The notes under the pieces were generated by a model. The model was not told the origin of the DNA. It was given only the letters and a program-made list of their open reading frames with translations, and searched no databases. The translations under genes and the position numbers were made by a program. From an uncultured Clostridia bacterium (GTDB lineage: Bacteria; Bacillota; Clostridia; Christensenellales; CAG-917): 64,000 nt of DNA. The stretch covers positions 194,621 through 258,620 of the forward strand of contig CAKQGN010000001.1 in assembly GCA_934233745.1 (NCBI GenBank). Direction: 5' to 3'. Positions 1-13,500 of this stretch are shown here, in pieces; within the stretch, counting starts at the first letter, position 1, and each line of letters opens with the position of its first letter.

Positions 1-743
1 AGATCGGATACCGGAATTTCTTTTTCAACGCCGTCAACAATCACATGCACGGTTTTTGGGGCAAGGTTCATAAGTCCTTTGATTGCGGAAGTAGTTTTGC
101 CCTTGCTGTACGCTTCGAGGGTTTTGCCCAGGGTGATGAGCGCAAGAATCATTGCCGCCGATTCAAAGTAGAGGTTGTGCGCAAGGTGGGCGAGATGCTC
201 GGGTTGTACGCCTGCTTGTATCATCAGCGCAACACTGTATATGAAGGAGATTGCGCTGCCCATAGAAACAAGCGTGTCCATATTGGGCGCACGGTGGATA
301 AGACTCTTTGTTCCGCTGACAAAAAACTTGCCGTTGATAACCATGATAACAAGCGAAAGCACGAGTTCGTACACGGCAATCGCCATTGTATCGTCCGCAA
401 ACGAGAGCGGCCAGCCCCACATCACAACACCCATCGAAACGTACATGAGCGGTATGAGAAGCACAAAGGACAAAACAAGGCGAATCACCATGACGAGAAT
501 GGGATTCATCTTATCCTTTTTTTCGGATTTATCGCTTGCGAGCGCGGCTTTGTAGCCTGCTTCGGCAACCGCTTTAGATATGTCTTTTGAGGTGAGAGGC
601 GGATTGTACTCGACCACCATGGAGTTGGTGAGAAGGCTCACGCTGACGCTTTTTACACCGTCAAGCGCACCCACGACTTTCTCCACTCTTGCCGAGCATG
701 CCGAGCATGACATGCCCGATACATTGAATTTTTGTTTTTCCAT
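1..743 (-). CDS. copA: Copper-translocating P1B-type ATPase, N-terminal part (3' end lies beyond the window edge)
   Basis: Absent from the ORF track because it runs off the edge. The reverse complement from 743 reads MEKQKFNVSGMSCSACSARVEKVVGALDGVKSV (HMA domain, MxCxxC motif). It continues through TM segments to SLIHRAPNMDTLVSMGSAISF, typical of CopA. It lies directly downstream of csoR on the same strand. Confidence 0.85.
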   Translation of the reverse strand, partial: MEKQKFNVSGMSCSACSARVEKVVGALDGVKSVSVSLLTNSMVVEYNPPLTSKDISKAVAEAGYKAALASDKSEKKDKMNPILVMVIRLVLSFVLLIPLMYVSMGVVMWGWPLSFADDTMAIAVYELVLSLVIMVINGKFFVSGTKSLIHRAPNMDTLVSMGSAISFIYSVALMIQAGVQPEHLAHLAHNLYFESAAMILALITLGKTLEAYSKGKTTSAIKGLMNLAPKTVHVIVDGVEKEIPVSD

Positions 744-784
744 AATTTTTACCTATGATGTGTGTTTTTCAATTTTTCCTTTTT

Positions 785-958
785 GTCATTGCGAGGAGCA
801 ACGAGAGTTGCGACGTGGCAATCTAGCGGAGCGAAATGCGCCTAGTGGCTGGATTCCCACGCTACGCTCGGAATGACGGTAGGGGTGGGACACCCACACC
901 CGATTAGGTTACGCCTTACGGCTGGATTCCCACGCTACGCTCGGAATGACAGTAGGAC
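785..958. repeat. MITE/REP-like composite repeat block in the csoR-copA intergenic spacer
   Basis: Three boxes are present. GTCATTGCGAGGAGCAAC-GAGA-GTTGCGACGTGGCAATC (787-823) is a nested hairpin. GGCTGGATTCCCACGCTACGCTCGGAATGAC occurs twice as a 31-bp perfect direct repeat (847-877 and 920-950); its end, CTCGGAATGAC, is the inverted counterpart of GTCATTGCGAG. The box GGGACACCCACACCCG (887-902) recurs inverted at 55692-55707. Confidence 0.7.
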
Positions 959-965
959 AACGATG

Positions 966-1298
966 TTATTTCAGTTTTTTTATTAAATCAATCGCTTCGT
1001 CCATGATTTGAGTATTGCCGTCTTCGATGTTTTCGACAACGCAAGTCTTCATATGCTCGGCAAGAATCTCGTATCCCAAACTTTGCAATGCGCTCTGCAC
1101 CGCAGAAAGCTGAATCAGTACGTCACCGCAATAGCGGTTGTCCTCAAGCATACCTCTTATGCCGCCCAGTTGCCCGATTGCGCGGTTGAGCCGCGACGTG
1201 AGTGCTTTGAGCTGTTCCTCACTGCGCGGAGTGTGTTTTTGGCGGTTGCAACACGAGTGGCATGCAGAGCAATTTTGCGTATTTTCTATGTTTTCCAT
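966..1298 (-). CDS. csoR: CsoR/RcnR-family copper-sensing transcriptional repressor
   Basis: The track ORF 966..1307 uses a GTG start. The ATG at 1298 has a GAGGTG RBS 6 nt upstream. The product contains RLNRAIGQLGGIRGMLEDNRYCGDVLIQLSAVQSAL, the DUF156/CsoR signature, and the gene sits upstream of copA. Confidence 0.85.
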   Translation of the reverse strand: MENIENTQNCSACHSCCNRQKHTPRSEEQLKALTSRLNRAIGQLGGIRGMLEDNRYCGDVLIQLSAVQSALQSLGYEILAEHMKTCVVENIEDGNTQIMDEAIDLIKKLK

Positions 1299-1320
1299 AT
1301 CTTTCACCTCGTATACATCA

Positions 1321-1339
1321 TATACCCAGTGGGGGTATA
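1321..1339. promoter_or_regulatory. CsoR-operator-like palindrome TATACCC-AGTG-GGGGTATA
   Basis: A GC-tract inverted repeat flanked by TATA arms lies 23 nt upstream of the csoR ATG. It matches the general form of known CsoR operators (ATACCC..GGGTAT). Confidence 0.55.
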
Positions 1340-1430
1340 TTTAGAGTAAACCCATTGGCGAAAAACTGTCAAGGAAAACTTTGCAAAAATGCGAAAATGA
1401 ATCAATTTTGCAGATTGTCCAATAAAACGA

Positions 1431-1459
1431 TTGATTTGAATGTATATATATTATAAAAT
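1431..1459 (+). promoter_or_regulatory. Candidate sigma-A promoter of the giant gene (TTGATT-17-TAAAAT)
   Basis: The -35 TTGATT is at 1431-1436 and the -10 TAAAAT at 1454-1459, about 45 nt upstream of the ATG at 1504. Confidence 0.3.
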
Positions 1460-1503
1460 ATATAAAATCAATGCGACGTGGGCGCATACACGGAGAGAAA
1501 AAC

Positions 1504-4500
1504 ATGAGAAATTCAAGGACAAAAACACAAACGAAATTGAGAAATTACATAAAGCTGACCGCAGGCGCATTGTTGCTTGCTATTACGTTTGTCCTTGTCT
1601 TTGCCGGCACGCTCTCCGGTGCTTTCGGCATTGAAAACGAACTGCAACAAAACGGTATTATTGAAAATAACGTGGCAAGCGCGACAGGGACAACAAAAAC
1701 AGTTACGTATAATGCTTCCGACACGACTTTTACTGCGACACCAAACAAGAAATGGAAAAATGATCTTACAAAACAATCTATTGTAACATCATACCCATCA
1801 AAACACCAACAAAAATGGAAGAAGTTGTTTGAAGATTTTGTTGGCGATACTACATATGATGGTTGCCATGGATATTATGATAGAGATACTTATACGGAGA
1901 ATGCCACAGTTGCGTTGAACAAAACCGAGATAACGCAATTTCTTTCCAGCGGAATTGGAGAGTCGGATGACCTTTATTATACAGTGTCTGCCACCGCAAC
2001 CATTAAAATGGGCGCATGGCAGGACGGATCGGCAACTATTACGCAAAAAGTATCGGCGTGGGTCAGTGACAATGCAACACATAATAGCAACACTCAAGGA
2101 GAGTTGTTTAGTCATCAGCAATCAAAAAAAGAAGAAGCTTGGAAACACATCTTGTCGCTTGAGAGCAATATTTTCAAAACAAAGCCCACGACAAGCACTT
2201 TGTATTTTGGAGTGCATTACGAGCATAAAAATAATGCTAGCGGCACCGCGTTTGGAGCTAACACATATGATTTTATGTTGGTTGAGTCGTTTGAGATTAC
2301 AATCACAAAGTATAGCGGATATTCCGGTGGAGATGGTACTCCGGCTTCTCCATACATCTTGGCAAAAAGAGCAGATTTTGATGATCTTTCTGTAAACGTT
2401 GCATCGGGGTCAACTTATTCTGGCAAGTATTTTATCGTACAACCCGACACGACGATCGAAGGACAAAATGCAACTACAATAGCAATGGGGGACACGTATT
2501 TTACCCCGATTGGAAACTCTACGACAAAGTTTGCAGGCACGTTGCTTGGCAATGGTTGCACGATAAACGGTTTGGTTACAAGCGGTCAACACTCAGGGTT
2601 GTTTGGCTACGTAAACAATGCGCGTATCGATAGTTTGACTGTCAATGTGTCAAATGATTCAGACAGCACTTCGGTAGGCGGTCTTGTCGGGGTTGTGAAC
2701 GGCACAACAACTATAACCAATTGCAACGTTACGGGATCTGTAAAAGGAACACACCAAATAGGTGGTTTTGTCGGTTTTGCGCAAGATTGTGTGCTGACCA
2801 TTTCAAACGGTACCAATTCAGCAACAATAACCACGACAAGTCAATCTTCCAACGACAAAGGAAGGACAAGCGGCGGCGGAATCGTCGGATACGTAAACGC
2901 CAATGCTACAGTCACAATAAACGACGTGACCAACACGGGGGAAGTGAAAACAACGTCAGGCAACGCCAATTCGGGACTTGGTGGTATCGTAGGTTTTGCA
3001 AACGGCGGAACAAACATAAACAATTGTCACAATACTGCCTCAATCACGGGCCGTGCCGGTCTTGGCGGTATTGTCGGATATACGGCAAACGGTTCTATCG
3101 TGGGCTGCCGTAACGACGGAAACATCACTTCGAGCAAACCATATAATTTGGGCGCAGGAGAGGCATCATACAGCGGCGGTATTGCAGGTTATTGCTATGC
3201 AGACGTGGCAAAGTGCTACAATTCGGGCACAGTCAAGACAACATCAGATTGGGGAAATTCCAATATTGTTGGCGGTATTGCGGCTTATTTGGGTTCGGGC
3301 AGGAATGTCAAATATTGCTATAACGGCGGTTGGATTGAGGGTTCGGATTATGTTGGCGGTATTGTCGGAAGAAGGGATGGTACGGTTTCATATAGCTATC
3401 AAGCAGGCAAGATAAAGGGACTGTATAATAAAACTTCAACCATAGGACATATCACGGGCAATGATACATCATCGAAGATAAGCACTTGTTGGACATTGCC
3501 GGGTGCAAGCAATTTAACAACTGTCACAAACACATTCAATCATAACGGATATACGGTCAGTTCCGAAGCCAACGTCGCAATGAAACCTGCATTTGGCAAT
3601 GCAGTGCTTGAAAGTTGGGAAGAGATCACCGATACGGGCGCAACAAGCGATACGTTTAGCGAAATCACGGGAATTGATCAATTTGTTTTTTATCCAAACA
3701 ACAATGAACATAAAATTGAAAACAACCAATACTTGTTTGTGTATGCCACGGATGCAAACGCCGTTGCGTTGGTGCCCAATCATATCGATTCCGGTGTGTC
3801 GGTTATCACCGACACAACCACAGCGAGTGTTGCAAAAACGGTGCCGTTTGTATCTAGATTTTATTTTAATGCGAGTAGTGACAAAAATCTTGTTGCCAGC
3901 ATCAGCCCTATCGATGCTCCGCTGACGAGTACGCAGACTGTATATAACGGCAGTGGACAAAAGGTCACGACTGATGTTGTTGGTGCAGATGTCCAAGAGA
4001 AGAGTTACTATTTCACGAGCGGCAATGACAATGCATTGGCAAAGAACAAAGTTATTGACGCAGGTGAGTATGATATTGTCACCGAAGTGACGATGAAAGT
4101 CGGAGAAAATACATATGTTGTCGTAGGCAGACAAGTGCATGAAACAAAGTGGACGATTAAAACACGCCCAATCAGTTTTTGGAATAAAATCTATTATTAT
4201 GGCGAGACGCCGACAAGTGCCCCTGTCCCTCAGTCGATGAGCGGTGATAAGGGCTTATTGAACGGGCACACATTTATTTGCACTCACGCAGATGAACTTA
4301 CGTATGATTTTATGTACGGCGCAATACCCAATGCGCAAAAAGAAGTCACAATCAATATGACCGGCGAAATACGTGATGCAGCCGGCAATGATGTTACTTA
4401 CAATTACGATTTTCAAAATGGGACATTTACCATTTCAATGCGAGAGGGCAACTTTGGCGTGAAAGGCACCACGGATATTGTCAACAATCCTTGGGGAAGT

Positions 4501-7500
4501 CAGGGCAACCCGTTTGTTATAAAAACCGCTCAACATCTTGTCAACCTCTCAAAAATCGTCAACGGCGAGACTCCCACCAATGCGGATACCTCGCAGATTG
4601 TAAACAGTATTTTTGACAACACTACATACACACATGTTGTGAGCAACAATACAATTAGGTATCAAAATTGCTATTTTGTCATTGTCAATGACCTTGATAT
4701 GAATGGCAGCGGTTTTGCTCCAATAGGCAAGGATGCGACCTATTTCTTTGAAGGCAACATCAGCGGCGTTAAGTCGATTGAAGATACATTGCAACAAAAT
4801 AGGTTTATCAGCAACTTGACGGTTAATCTCGCCTCAACGGACAACGTGGGCTTGTTTGGGTATGTCCTCAAAAAAGGCACAGAAAAGCCTTATATCAAAC
4901 ACATCGTTTTGAATAATAGTTGCTCGTTTGTCGGCAAGAGCAACGTTGGTTCGATTGTAGGTTGGGCTCAAGACGCAGTCATCCAAAACTGCATCAACAA
5001 CGCAACCGTGGAGGGGAAAGGCGAAAACGCAGGTGGAATTGTCGGCAAAAACTTCGGCACCGAAACTTCAAATTGCGAAAACCACGGCACAGTCAAGGGT
5101 GTGAAAAACGTCGGCGGAATTGCAGGTACGCTAGACTGGGGGGTTATTTCAAATGTGCAAAACTCCGCTACGGTCGAGGCTTCGGGAGAAAACTGCGGCG
5201 GTATTGTAGGATATATGATATCTTATTCCACTCTCAAGAATGTGACCAACAATGCACAAGTAAATGGCGGTAACAAAACAGGCGGCGCGCTTGGATATTA
5301 TGAAAAAAAAGCTACGTATAGCGTACAACCTATCTATGGCTTGACAAACAATAACTCTGTTGAAGGTTTATCAAACGTTGGAGGTATCATCGGTTGCGTT
5401 GCGGGAGATTTGGTGTTTGACGGAAACAATGAATCTCAAAAATGCACTATGAGCGGTGGGTCTGTCAAGGGTACATTCAACGTTGGCGGTCTTGTCGGTG
5501 GTGTTGAAGACGGCTCGACTGTGACATTGACAAATTTCACCAACAATGCCAAAGTCATAGGCGGATATGTTGTGGGCGGACTTGTCGGTCTTTTGAGAGG
5601 TTCGATAAAAAACAGTGTAAACAATGCCGATATAACAAGTGAATACAATAAAGCAGGTACGCCTAGCGGTTTGTCAATTGGTGCATATGTCGGCGGTTTG
5701 GTCGGTGTGGCATATGGGGCTATTTCACACTGTTATAATAGCGGAAATATATCGGCAAGTGGCGATAATAGCGATTTTCTCGGCGGCATTGTCGGATATA
5801 CAAATGCAAACGTTGCGTACTGTACAAGTCTTGAAAATTCGATTATTTCAGGCTCCAATCAAGTCGGCGGTATCGTTGGCAAAGCGAGCGGCAACAATGT
5901 AAAAATCGAGTATTGCTATTTCGGCGGAAAGATAAACGGACTTTGGAATGATAATAGAGCCAAACTGGATTTCATTTGCGGTGAGATAATCGATGGCTTA
6001 GTCAGCAACAGTTGGAAGTTGCCAAATGCGCAAAACGGAGACACGGGTAATAGGACATACACAAATGCAGGTAATGCTTTGACTATTGCGACCGGAATGA
6101 CGTTCAAGCCATATTTTGTACAAGAGGGGAGTGAACACGATACTGAATGGGAGCAAATTGTTTCCAAGAATATAGTCGGATTCAGCGTGTCGGGCAATGT
6201 GCCGACAAATAGTTATTTTAACTCCGACAACGGTAACGATACTGCATATGTGAAACCCGATAAAACCAACGGATTTGCCGCAAACAGCACAAGCGGCAAC
6301 GTTACGGCATGGTATGGCGCGGATTTTGGCAGTGACGTGCGTTGTAGTATCGTTGAGATTCAAGTCGACACAACTCCCGACGAATATAACGGCGAGAAAC
6401 AAGGTTTGACAAGAGAAGACGTGTATATGCCGTCAGCCAACAATGGTGTATATGAGGTGCAGTTTGCATACAAAGGCAACAAATATGGCGACGTCATTCC
6501 GGAAGACGTTGACATGTATAATACAACCGTCACTGTGAAAATTGATGAAAAAGTTGTCGGTGTGCGTACAGGTGTACAATATGAAATCACCAAAAAGAAA
6601 GTTACAATCACAAATATTTGGACTTGGAAATATGTGAACGGAAGCAATGCCGACTTCTATAAATTTGAATATAATAAAGACATACAGGGAATGTTGTCTA
6701 TTACTGTTGACGGCGTGCTTGAAAATTCGCATTACACATTAACTCAAACGGAAAATAAAGCCGCGGTCGGTAAATATTCAAGCAGTGTCGTGATATCAGA
6801 TAGAGACTACGAAGTTGAAATCGTATCAAAGTATTGCACAATTCAAAATAACAATGCAAACCTTGAAACGGACAATGCAAAATACGGCATTAAAACAACT
6901 CAAACCAACGCAAACACGTCAAACAGTCAAACCACTTATACATATAATTGGGAGATTGTGCCGTTTGATTTGGCGGCGGATTTTAATAAAAACAACGTGT
7001 GGTTTGGCGGAACAAAGAATTTGATTGTCGGCAATCAAGGCATTGCAAATGTCGAGGGTGATACCACTAAGAGTTTCTATCCTTTGCAGGTAGGTAAGAA
7101 GGGTACGGGCGTGCAACAAGTGCTTGTGTATGCGCAACACAACTACGCAGCAAGCAGTTTTGTGGTGTACGTCAAGTATAACAACGGCAATGTTTTCCCG
7201 CTCACGCGAGACACGGAATACACCGTGGGGACGCTTGAAAACAACGTATTCGGCACATTTAATGTGAACGTGGTGAGCCAAGCCAAACCTGTTGAAGACA
7301 CCAACGTGACGGCAAGAGGCACGGGCAATTTCAGCGGAGATATCACCAAATATTACACCGCGATGTTCAGCGATTTCGGCGGAAACGTGACGGGGGCAAA
7401 TTGGGGCAGTGCAGGCAACCCCTATGTCATAAGCAAGCCCGAACATTTGTTGCGACTCAGCCAAATCGTCAACGGCGGCACGGCTTGGAACTCGATTATA

Positions 7501-10500
7501 ACAACAAATAACGCTTTGTGTATTTCACCTCAAGGCACGGCAGTTGCCACGGATAGAGCGTACAGTGGCGCGTATTTCCTTGTCACCGCAGACATCGATA
7601 TGACGGGCAATATCAGCACGGACGGCGTTTACAACTTCTTGCCGATCGGACACAGAAACGAACAAAGCCAAACCGATATGCCTTTCTCCGGCACATTTGA
7701 CGGTAATGGCAAAAAAATAAAGTTTGTCTACAATGTAAATCGAAACAATTTTTACAATAACAACAAGGCGCATTCGGATTATGTCGGGCTTTTCGGCTAT
7801 ATTGCAGGCTACAAGGTTGATGCCGAACAAAAGTATGCAACAATCAAAAACCTAAGCATTGAAAGCATGGATGGAAACGAGGTGGATGACAACGGCGGAA
7901 TCATCGGCAAGGATTATGTCGGAGGTATCGCCGGATACGCAGTTGATTCAAAACTGTACAACGTGAGTATGATGTATGGCAGCTGGGTGCGTGGCGAGAA
8001 CTATGTTGGCGGCATAGTCGGCTATGGCGAAAACACATGGTTGGAAGTAGGAAACGAACACGACAATGCGATAACATATGCGAACGTCGGCGGTATACAA
8101 TACGTCGGAGGCATCGTCGGGAAGTGGATTGTCAGTTCCGAGGAGCAAATCGGCGGCGGTAAGGACAAACAAGAATACATAACCACAACACTCGGCACAG
8201 ACGTCAACGGTACACAGTATGTAGGCGGTCTTGTAGGTTGGCTGGACACATCGACATGTACTGACTCGGTTGTTTTTGCACCGATAGTCAAAGGCAGCGA
8301 TCAAAACAAGAACGTTGTCAAAGGCACAGAATATGTCGGTGCGTTGTTCGGCGTGGTTGTCGGCAACGGATACCACCAAAGCGCAACACAGGGCAAGTAC
8401 ACGGCTATCGTCATAAGCGACCAAAAAGTAAACAATATAACGCTTCAAACAAACACAAGCGCAAAAGTTGTCGGTGGACTTGTCGGATATGCCGAGAGCG
8501 TTGGTATTTTGTTTGAAACGGATTGGAATACAAGTTCCACGACATTCACGCTTGACGATTCGACGTCGTTCTTCGGCGGTGTTGTCGGCGTGCTCGGCAA
8601 AAACTCAACGATAGAAGCTATAATAGTAACCAAAGAAGGTGACGGATCCTATCTCACAGGCTCGGAGCATACAATCTTAAACAACACTGCGCTTGGCGCA
8701 AGCGGAAAACCCATAGGCAGTTTTGTGGGCGGAATCGTGGGCTATGTGTCCTCGCAAGCAGGCACATATTGGGAAGCGAACACAACAATCTTCGGCAACG
8801 GAATATCGCTTGTCAACAGTGGTCAAATTCATGCAACCGGTTATGCCGGCGGTATTTTCGGCGCGCTCGGAGATCTTAGCACAAGCGTTGCGCAGACTTT
8901 TGAAAACGACACGAATTCCATTCTTTACAATGTTCTCACAAAAGGCGTAAGAAGCGGCAATGCCAACACCACGCTCGGCATCGCTCCGACAGTTGACAGC
9001 GCATATTTCATCGGAGCAAAAGGCAAACTTGTCAACAGCGCAAGCCTTTCGGTGACAGACGGCTATGTTGGCGGTATTGCAGGTTACAGCGGCGCAAAAG
9101 TCCGCTTTGTATTGCGCAATACGCCTCAAACGGGAGCAATCGCCACCGCAAATCTCAATGTGTACAGCGGCGGCAACGATATCTATATCAACGGAAGCTA
9201 TGCAGGCGGAATTGCAGGCTATCTCTCGTTTGGTCTTGACCACGAATTGCAATACGTCGTGGTGCAAGCCAAGTTTGCAAGCCAAGACGCAACGCGCGTT
9301 GGCGGTCTTGTGGGATATATGGGCAGCGGCAAGGTGGAAAGATGCGTTGTCACAAGCCCCGACGGCACAATCTCGGCAAACACAGACAACTATCAAGGCA
9401 CGGAATATGTGGGCGGTCTTGTGGGCGAAACCCAAAGCGCAATCATACGCAACAGCGTGTCAACAGGCTTCAATCTTGAACAAACCTCCAACACCAAGGG
9501 CGGTTTGCTCGGCTACGGCGCAAACCCGACGATTGATTCGAGCTGGACGTTCTATATCGCAAAATCCGGTGCAACATACAGCACCGTCAGCAAAAACACC
9601 TATGGCAAATATATCCTTGTGGACACAGACATTGTAACCACCGACATTGTAACCACCGACAAAAGTTCTTATCCGACATTTGCCAAACTTTGCGAATTTA
9701 CAGGCATTGCTAAAAACGGAACGGCGGGTATGCTTGAATTTGCAATCAACGTGCCGACGCAAAGACAACTCGCTTTCTACAACGCAAGTGGCAGCGATGT
9801 CGAAACGTCCAACAAAGACAGTTTCAAAGGCTTTGAAAACCGCAACAATGTGTTGACAATCAAATTGGACATGGCAAGTGGCACAAGCATGCAAATATGC
9901 GTTGTGGATATCGAATTTGTCAACGTTCCGCAACATGGCACGGACAATGACGAAGCCGCACATGCAGTTGTTGAATCTACATACAAAAAACCCTCAAACA
10001 GCACAAGATATCATGTTGATGTGACGCAAGCAAACTTCGATATTGCAAATACGAAACAAGTCACGCATATCAAAGCGAACATTTACTTTGACTATGACGG
10101 TGATGGGCACTATATTAGTATCGGTGATGGCAATGTCGAACCGAACAACCGTATTGGTGGTGAATATGATTCAGAAGAGATCATTCCCGGCAGCAGTGCG
10201 GAAAATCCGCTCACTATCAGCAGTCAAGAGGAGTGGAACGACTTTGCGTGGAGCATTTATACGGGTGCAAACGATTATGCAGGGCAATACGTGAAGTTGC
10301 TGGCAAGTAAAATTGTTATAAACACCGGTGAAAACAAAAACGGCAAGCATAAAGGCACAAAGTTCAACTACGACTACGACTTCACGTCTGTCAGCACACC
10401 AAACAAAAGCCAAGAAGATACCAAAAACGCAAATTCCAACATGGGCTACAACTTGGCTGGCAACATCTCGCAAGGCAGTTCGGAAGTTGAAAAAGTGACG

Positions 10501-13500
10501 GTTGATGGTGTACAAGGCGCAACAACACCGTCATTCAAAGGGCACTTTGACGGAAACGGAAATACGATTGAGATTACATATACGAGCGGCGGATATCACC
10601 GTATCAGCGTGTTCCCGAATGCCGCAGGCGCAACGTTCAAGCACCTCACTATAAAAGGCACAATTCAAGCGGCAAGTCAAGCTGACGGAAAAGGGAATGA
10701 AGAGAATGATAAAAAAGATATTGTTTCCAAAACAGCCGCTTATGACATTGCAGGATTTGTGGGCAAACCGTTTGGAACACTCAAATTTTACAACTGCAAA
10801 AACGAAGCAGACATCATCGGTTTGAGAAATGTTGGCGGCATCGTTGGCTACAATGCAGGCGGACAATCGATAACGCTTGAAGCATGTGTCAACACAGGCG
10901 ACATTACATCTTTACAAGGGTCATACACTTTGGGTGGAAAAAACTCGGACACATATAACTACGATGATGGTTTGGATGGGACAGGAGTTGGTGAGACAAA
11001 CGTTGGATATACATTTGGCACTGGCGGTATTATAGGTTCTTACATTGGTAATATTCAAATTGAAAGTTGTCGTAATTCAGGCAAAATAATAGGCGGCCAT
11101 AATGTGGGTGGTATTATCGGTTTGCACAATGGCAAACAAGAAAGTTTTGCAACACTTACCATAAACAACTGTGCAAACACCGGCGATATACTCGCAAATT
11201 CAGGATACTGGGGTGAAGATCAAGGGGGAGCAAAAGATAATCCTTCTAGAGGCGTAAGGCAAAGCATATTCGGTTACGCAGGCGGACTTGTCGGAAAGAC
11301 GAGCAGATACTCTTCCCTCAAAATGTTTGCATCGTACAATATGGGTACTGTAATTACATATTCGAATATTGTCGGTGGGCTTGTTGGCGCAGTTGGAGCT
11401 TTGTCGAAAACAAGCAAAAACACAGGTACGGATACTTTGTTGACAGGTTCAAAATCTGTGATTGCATACTGTTATAACAACGGTACCGTTCATTCAGGCG
11501 GTACGTATCCAAAACAAGTTAAAGAAAGACTTTCTGGTCGTGAGAACTATGGCGGAACAATTTCCGGCGGTATCGCAGGTATTGTCGGCAATATCAAGAT
11601 TTCAAATTGCTACAATACGGGAGATATAATTGCTTGGGGCGTTGTAGGCTATAGTGGTTCTTGGCAACTGCGTTCAGGTGGCATAGTTGGTCAATCTGAG
11701 CCAACAGGCGACACATATGTTGTTGAGTTTGAGACTTTGTACAATGCCGGTTCGATTATGGCAAAAGCAAAAAACACTCACGTAGGTGTAGAGTGGATTG
11801 GTATTGCTTATTATATGAATGAAAAATTGAGATACGGTGGTGCCATTTCCGGTTATTGTGATCATTCGGAAATAACAAGCCGAATCACTTCATACAATGT
11901 GTACTCAATCAAATATCCTGTAGGAACGAAGATACTAAAAAAAGACATTAACTCCGCTAATAAGTATAAGGAAAGCGATTATGCAGAAACTGACTTTCAC
12001 GAACAAAGACGAGGAGATTATCTTGCAGACGGCGGCGTGGCAGGTATTGGGGCATCGCAAGAAGGTCTTACAGTTTCGGGTACGACGTTTGACTCGTATG
12101 AACAGCTTACAGCGCGTTTGAATGCACGTGATGATGTTGTGCCAAGAGCAACAGAGTATACTGGCAACAATAAAATTAATATAATACAATCCATTGAAAC
12201 ATTGACTGAGGGTATCGATTATACTCAACCTAAAATTGACGGCAAAATGTATGATGGTTGGATATATGTTTATGGTTGCTTGCCACAGCTTGCCATGTTT
12301 GCATTGGACACTCAAAACGGCTTGAGTATGCACTCGGTTGGTTATAGAAAAGATCAATACGGAGAATACAATGCAACAGGTGAGAGTGCAGGTTCTGATC
12401 AATATCCATACATCATTAAAGACGGCATCGATCTTATGGGTATGCAAGCACTTGTCGATAACGGATTTGATTTTAACGGAAAAATTATAGAGTTTGCGAA
12501 CAGCACCAACAATCTATCAGGGGTATGTTCTGAAACAATTGTTTTCCCAACAACATCTAGCACGTCAACCAACCTCAAAGACAGTAATGCGTATAAGGCA
12601 AAAGACAGCAAAGGAAACTACCATGAGGGCAAAAGTTACCACTTGTTTGCAAAAGGTGCATTATGCAATCAAGGTTGGTCTGATGACAAAGGCAACGTCA
12701 ACTCTGTTGCCCAAGAATATGGGACTTGGATAGAAAACAACTATAGGAATCTTGGCGAAAGTAAAAATACCACATTAAATTTGCAAAACTTCATTGCTAT
12801 CGGTAGAAAAGGCAATTCGTTCAAAGGAACAATCAACGGTCAACAGGGTACAGCGGAAGCTAGTTTTGCAACAATCATCGATTCGTTGCGTGTGACAATC
12901 AAAGGGTATAAAAACACTCACGCAGGACTTTTCTCAACTATAGAAAATGCCATTGTGCAATATGTTGGAGTCGGTGGTAATAGCCAAGTTTTTTCCCATG
13001 AAAAAGTTGGCACAACAGTAGTTGCCACGGCAGGTGGCATTGTCGGTATGGTATACGGCAACTCTGTTGTTGAAAACTGTATCGTGAAAGGTTCAACGGT
13101 AGTTGGTGCATATGGGTCTAATGCGTATGCAGGTGGAATTGCAGGCATGGCTGATCCCAAGCAAGGCAATACGTACAATGCAGGTATCACCACCACTATC
13201 CGCAATTGCTCCATTTCTTCAAGCGGCAGAATCGAATCCGCAAAGAGCAACATCGGCGGTGTTCTCGGTTATGTCGGTGGTGACGCAGGAGCAAACGAAA
13301 AAGGCAATAGCGTGCGTATCGAGGGGTGCGAGGTGCAAAAGGCGGCAATTCAAGCCGCAAGCAGCGCGACAGAAAGCAGTCATATCGGCGGTGTGCTGGG
13401 ATACGGCTCGGACTATGTGGCGGCATTCATCACCGGATGCTCGGTCGGCAACGGCGCAGATACTGTCACCATAAAGGGCGAGCATAGCCTTGGTGGCATC

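Noticed and set aside
45-590. Forward ORFs 45..590 and 175..555 at the left edge
   Set aside because: They are antisense to the clearly recognisable copA reading frame (HMA domain, NMDTLV motif). Their translations are His/Arg-rich nonsense.
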